A DNA stretch of 39,418 bases from Enterobacter phage KKP_3263, in sequence record OK210074.1; one strand, 5' to 3'. Every line of letters begins with the position of its first letter. Position 1 is the first letter of the stretch. Shown one piece after another: positions 37,821-39,418 of the stretch. The notes below the pieces were generated by a model. It worked only from the letters and a program-made list of their open reading frames with translations. It made no database searches and was not told the DNA's origin. A program made the position numbers and the translations under genes.

Positions 37821-39381
37821 ACGTGAAGGATTTGCCGCTGAAGGCGCGAAGTCAGTTTATGATAGATTGAAGAACGGACGACAGCCTTACGAGACCCGCG
37901 CACAGAACTGCGCTGCCGTGACCATCCCCTCGCTCTTCCCCAAGGAGTCAGACAACTCCTCTACGGAATACGTGACGCCGTGGCAAGCTGTAGGTGCTCG
38001 CTGTTTGAACAACTTGGCTGCAAAGCTGATGTTGGCGTTATTCCCTCAGTCACCGTGGATGCGGCTGACGGTCTCCGAATATGAGGCCAAGACCTTGAGT
38101 CAGGACTCAGAGGCCGCTGCTCGTGTTGACGAAGGGCTGGCTATGGTAGAGCGTGTGTTGATGGCATACATGGAGACTAACAGTTTCCGTGTCCCATTGT
38201 TTGAGGCTCTGAAGCAGCTTATCGTCTCCGGTAACTGTCTGCTCTACATTCCAGAGCCTGAACAGGGAACCTACAGTCCCATGCGAATGTACCGCTTAGT
38301 GTCTTACGTTGTTCAACGTGATGCGTTTGGTAACATCTTGCAGATTGTGACTCTCGACAAGGTAGCGTTTAGTGCTCTACCGGAGGACGTGAAGTCTCAA
38401 CTCAACGCAGACGACTATGAGCCTGACACCGAGCTGGAAGTATATACGCACATCTACCGTCAGGACGACGAGTATCTGCGCTACGAGGAAGTGGAAGGCA
38501 TTGAGGTAACAGGGACCGATGGTTCCTACCCGCTTACTGCATGTCCGTACATCCCGGTACGAATGGTTCGACTGGATGGTGAAGACTATGGTCGTTCTTA
38601 CTGCGAGGAGTATCTGGGAGACCTGAACTCGCTGGAGACGATTACAGAAGCTATCACCAAAATGGCTAAGGTAGCCTCCAAGGTGGTGGGCCTCGTTAAC
38701 CCGAACGGTATCACGCAACCTCGACGTCTGAACAAGGCGGCTACAGGTGAGTTCGTGGCTGGTCGCGTTGAGGACATCAACTTCCTGCAACTGACGAAAG
38801 GTCAGGACTTTACGATTGCTAAGTCGGTGGCTGACGCTATCGAGCAACGTTTAGGTTGGGCCTTCCTTCTTAATAGTGCTGTTCAGCGTAATGCCGAGCG
38901 GGTCACTGCTGAAGAGATTCGTTATGTTGCTGGTGAACTGGAGGCGACCTTAGGTGGCGTGTACTCAGTGCAGTCACAAGAGCTTCAGTTACCTATCGTC
39001 CGTGTGCTGATGAACCAGCTTCAGTCTGCTGGCATGATTCCTGACCTTCCGAAAGAAGCGGTAGAGCCTACGGTCTCCACTGGTCTGGAAGCGTTAGGTC
39101 GTGGTCAAGACTTAGAGAAGCTGACTCAGGCAGTCAACATGATGACCGGGCTACAGCCTCTGCAACAGGACCCAGACATTAACTTGCCGACCCTGAAGCT
39201 GCGACTACTGAATGCCTTAGGCATTGACACCGCTGGTCTACTACTGACTCAGGACGAGAAGTTGCAACGTATGGCTGAACAATCTGCTCAAGGAGCTGTG
39301 GTCAACGGTGCGTCTGCTGCTGGTGCTAACATGGGCGCTGCTGTAGGTCAGGGAGCTGGTGAGGACATGGCTCAAGCCTAA
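37813..39381 (+). CDS. 8: Head-to-tail connector / portal protein (gp8)
   Basis: 522 aa (T7 has 536) upstream of scaffold gene 9. Confidence 0.9.
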   Translation: MAEREGFAAEGAKSVYDRLKNGRQPYETRAQNCAAVTIPSLFPKESDNSSTEYVTPWQAVGARCLNNLAAKLMLALFPQSPWMRLTVSEYEAKTLSQDSEAAARVDEGLAMVERVLMAYMETNSFRVPLFEALKQLIVSGNCLLYIPEPEQGTYSPMRMYRLVSYVVQRDAFGNILQIVTLDKVAFSALPEDVKSQLNADDYEPDTELEVYTHIYRQDDEYLRYEEVEGIEVTGTDGSYPLTACPYIPVRMVRLDGEDYGRSYCEEYLGDLNSLETITEAITKMAKVASKVVGLVNPNGITQPRRLNKAATGEFVAGRVEDINFLQLTKGQDFTIAKSVADAIEQRLGWAFLLNSAVQRNAERVTAEEIRYVAGELEATLGGVYSVQSQELQLPIVRVLMNQLQSAGMIPDLPKEAVEPTVSTGLEALGRGQDLEKLTQAVNMMTGLQPLQQDPDINLPTLKLRLLNALGIDTAGLLLTQDEKLQRMAEQSAQGAVVNGASAAGANMGAAVGQGAGEDMAQA

Positions 39382-39399
39382 ACTATCACTATAGGAACA
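39377..39399 (+). promoter_or_regulatory. Phage promoter (phi9 equivalent)
   Basis: CCTAAACTATCACTATAGGAACA overlapping the gene 8 stop. Confidence 0.8.
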
Positions 39400-39403
39400 A
39401 CTA

Positions 39404-39418
39404 GAGCCACTCAAGGTG
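39404..39418 (+). promoter_or_regulatory. 5' half of a 30-bp perfect palindrome split by the window boundary (the other half is 1-15). Hairpin in the gene 9 leader
   Basis: GAGCCACTCAAGGTG at the window end is the reverse complement of CACCTTGAGTGGCTC at 1-15. Confidence 0.5.

Overview
The window is essentially a complete, circularly permuted genome of a strictly lytic T7-like podophage (Autographiviridae, T7/T3 group). All genes are on the + strand, colinear with T7. From position 1 the window runs: scaffold gp9, capsid 10A/10B with a -1 frameshift, a Tphi-like terminator, tail tubular 11/12, internal virion proteins 13-16, tail fiber 17, holin 17.5, small terminase 18, Rz/Rz1, large terminase 19, phiOR, gp19.5, and the concatemer-junction region (a single terminal-repeat copy flanked by ACCTACAGT-type short repeats and a CJ pause motif). 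Then come the A1/A2-like host promoters, an R0.3-like site, Ocr, small early genes, RNA polymerase gene 1, genes 1.1/1.2, DNA ligase, a TE-like terminator, the gp1.7 C-domain, Gp2, SSB 2.5, endonuclease I, lysozyme 3.5, primase-helicase 4A/4B, DNA polymerase 5, 5.5, 5.7, exonuclease 6, 6.5, 6.7, 7, 7.3, HNH 7.7 and portal 8. The window ends inside a hairpin just downstream of the phi9 promoter, and the last 15 nt are the reverse complement of the first 15 nt. Protein assignments rest on recalled similarity to T7 proteins. That similarity is strong for gp1, gp5, gp19, gp10, gp3.5, gp2.5, gp5.7, Ocr and the gp1.7 C-domain. The phage uses its own 23-bp promoter, consensus CTAAACTATCACTATAGG(G/A), present in 11 copies, and the gp1 specificity loop is diverged accordingly. 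Departures from T7: (i) a cognate phage promoter directly upstream of the RNAP gene; (ii) Ocr with a ~60-aa acidic C-terminal extension; (iii) no gp0.7 kinase; (iv) a three-ORF insertion between gene 1 and 1.1; (v) an ASCH/DUF3850-like ORF between tail tubular genes 11 and 12; (vi) an 844-aa tail fiber with a pectate-lyase-3 type beta-helix (depolymerase) domain; (vii) a non-SLT muralytic-looking N-terminus on gp16; (viii) a 149-aa strongly acidic protein in the gp5.9 slot; (ix) a conserved structured RNA element present three times (candidate RNase III sites). No tRNA, CRISPR, integrase or other mobile-element genes were seen.
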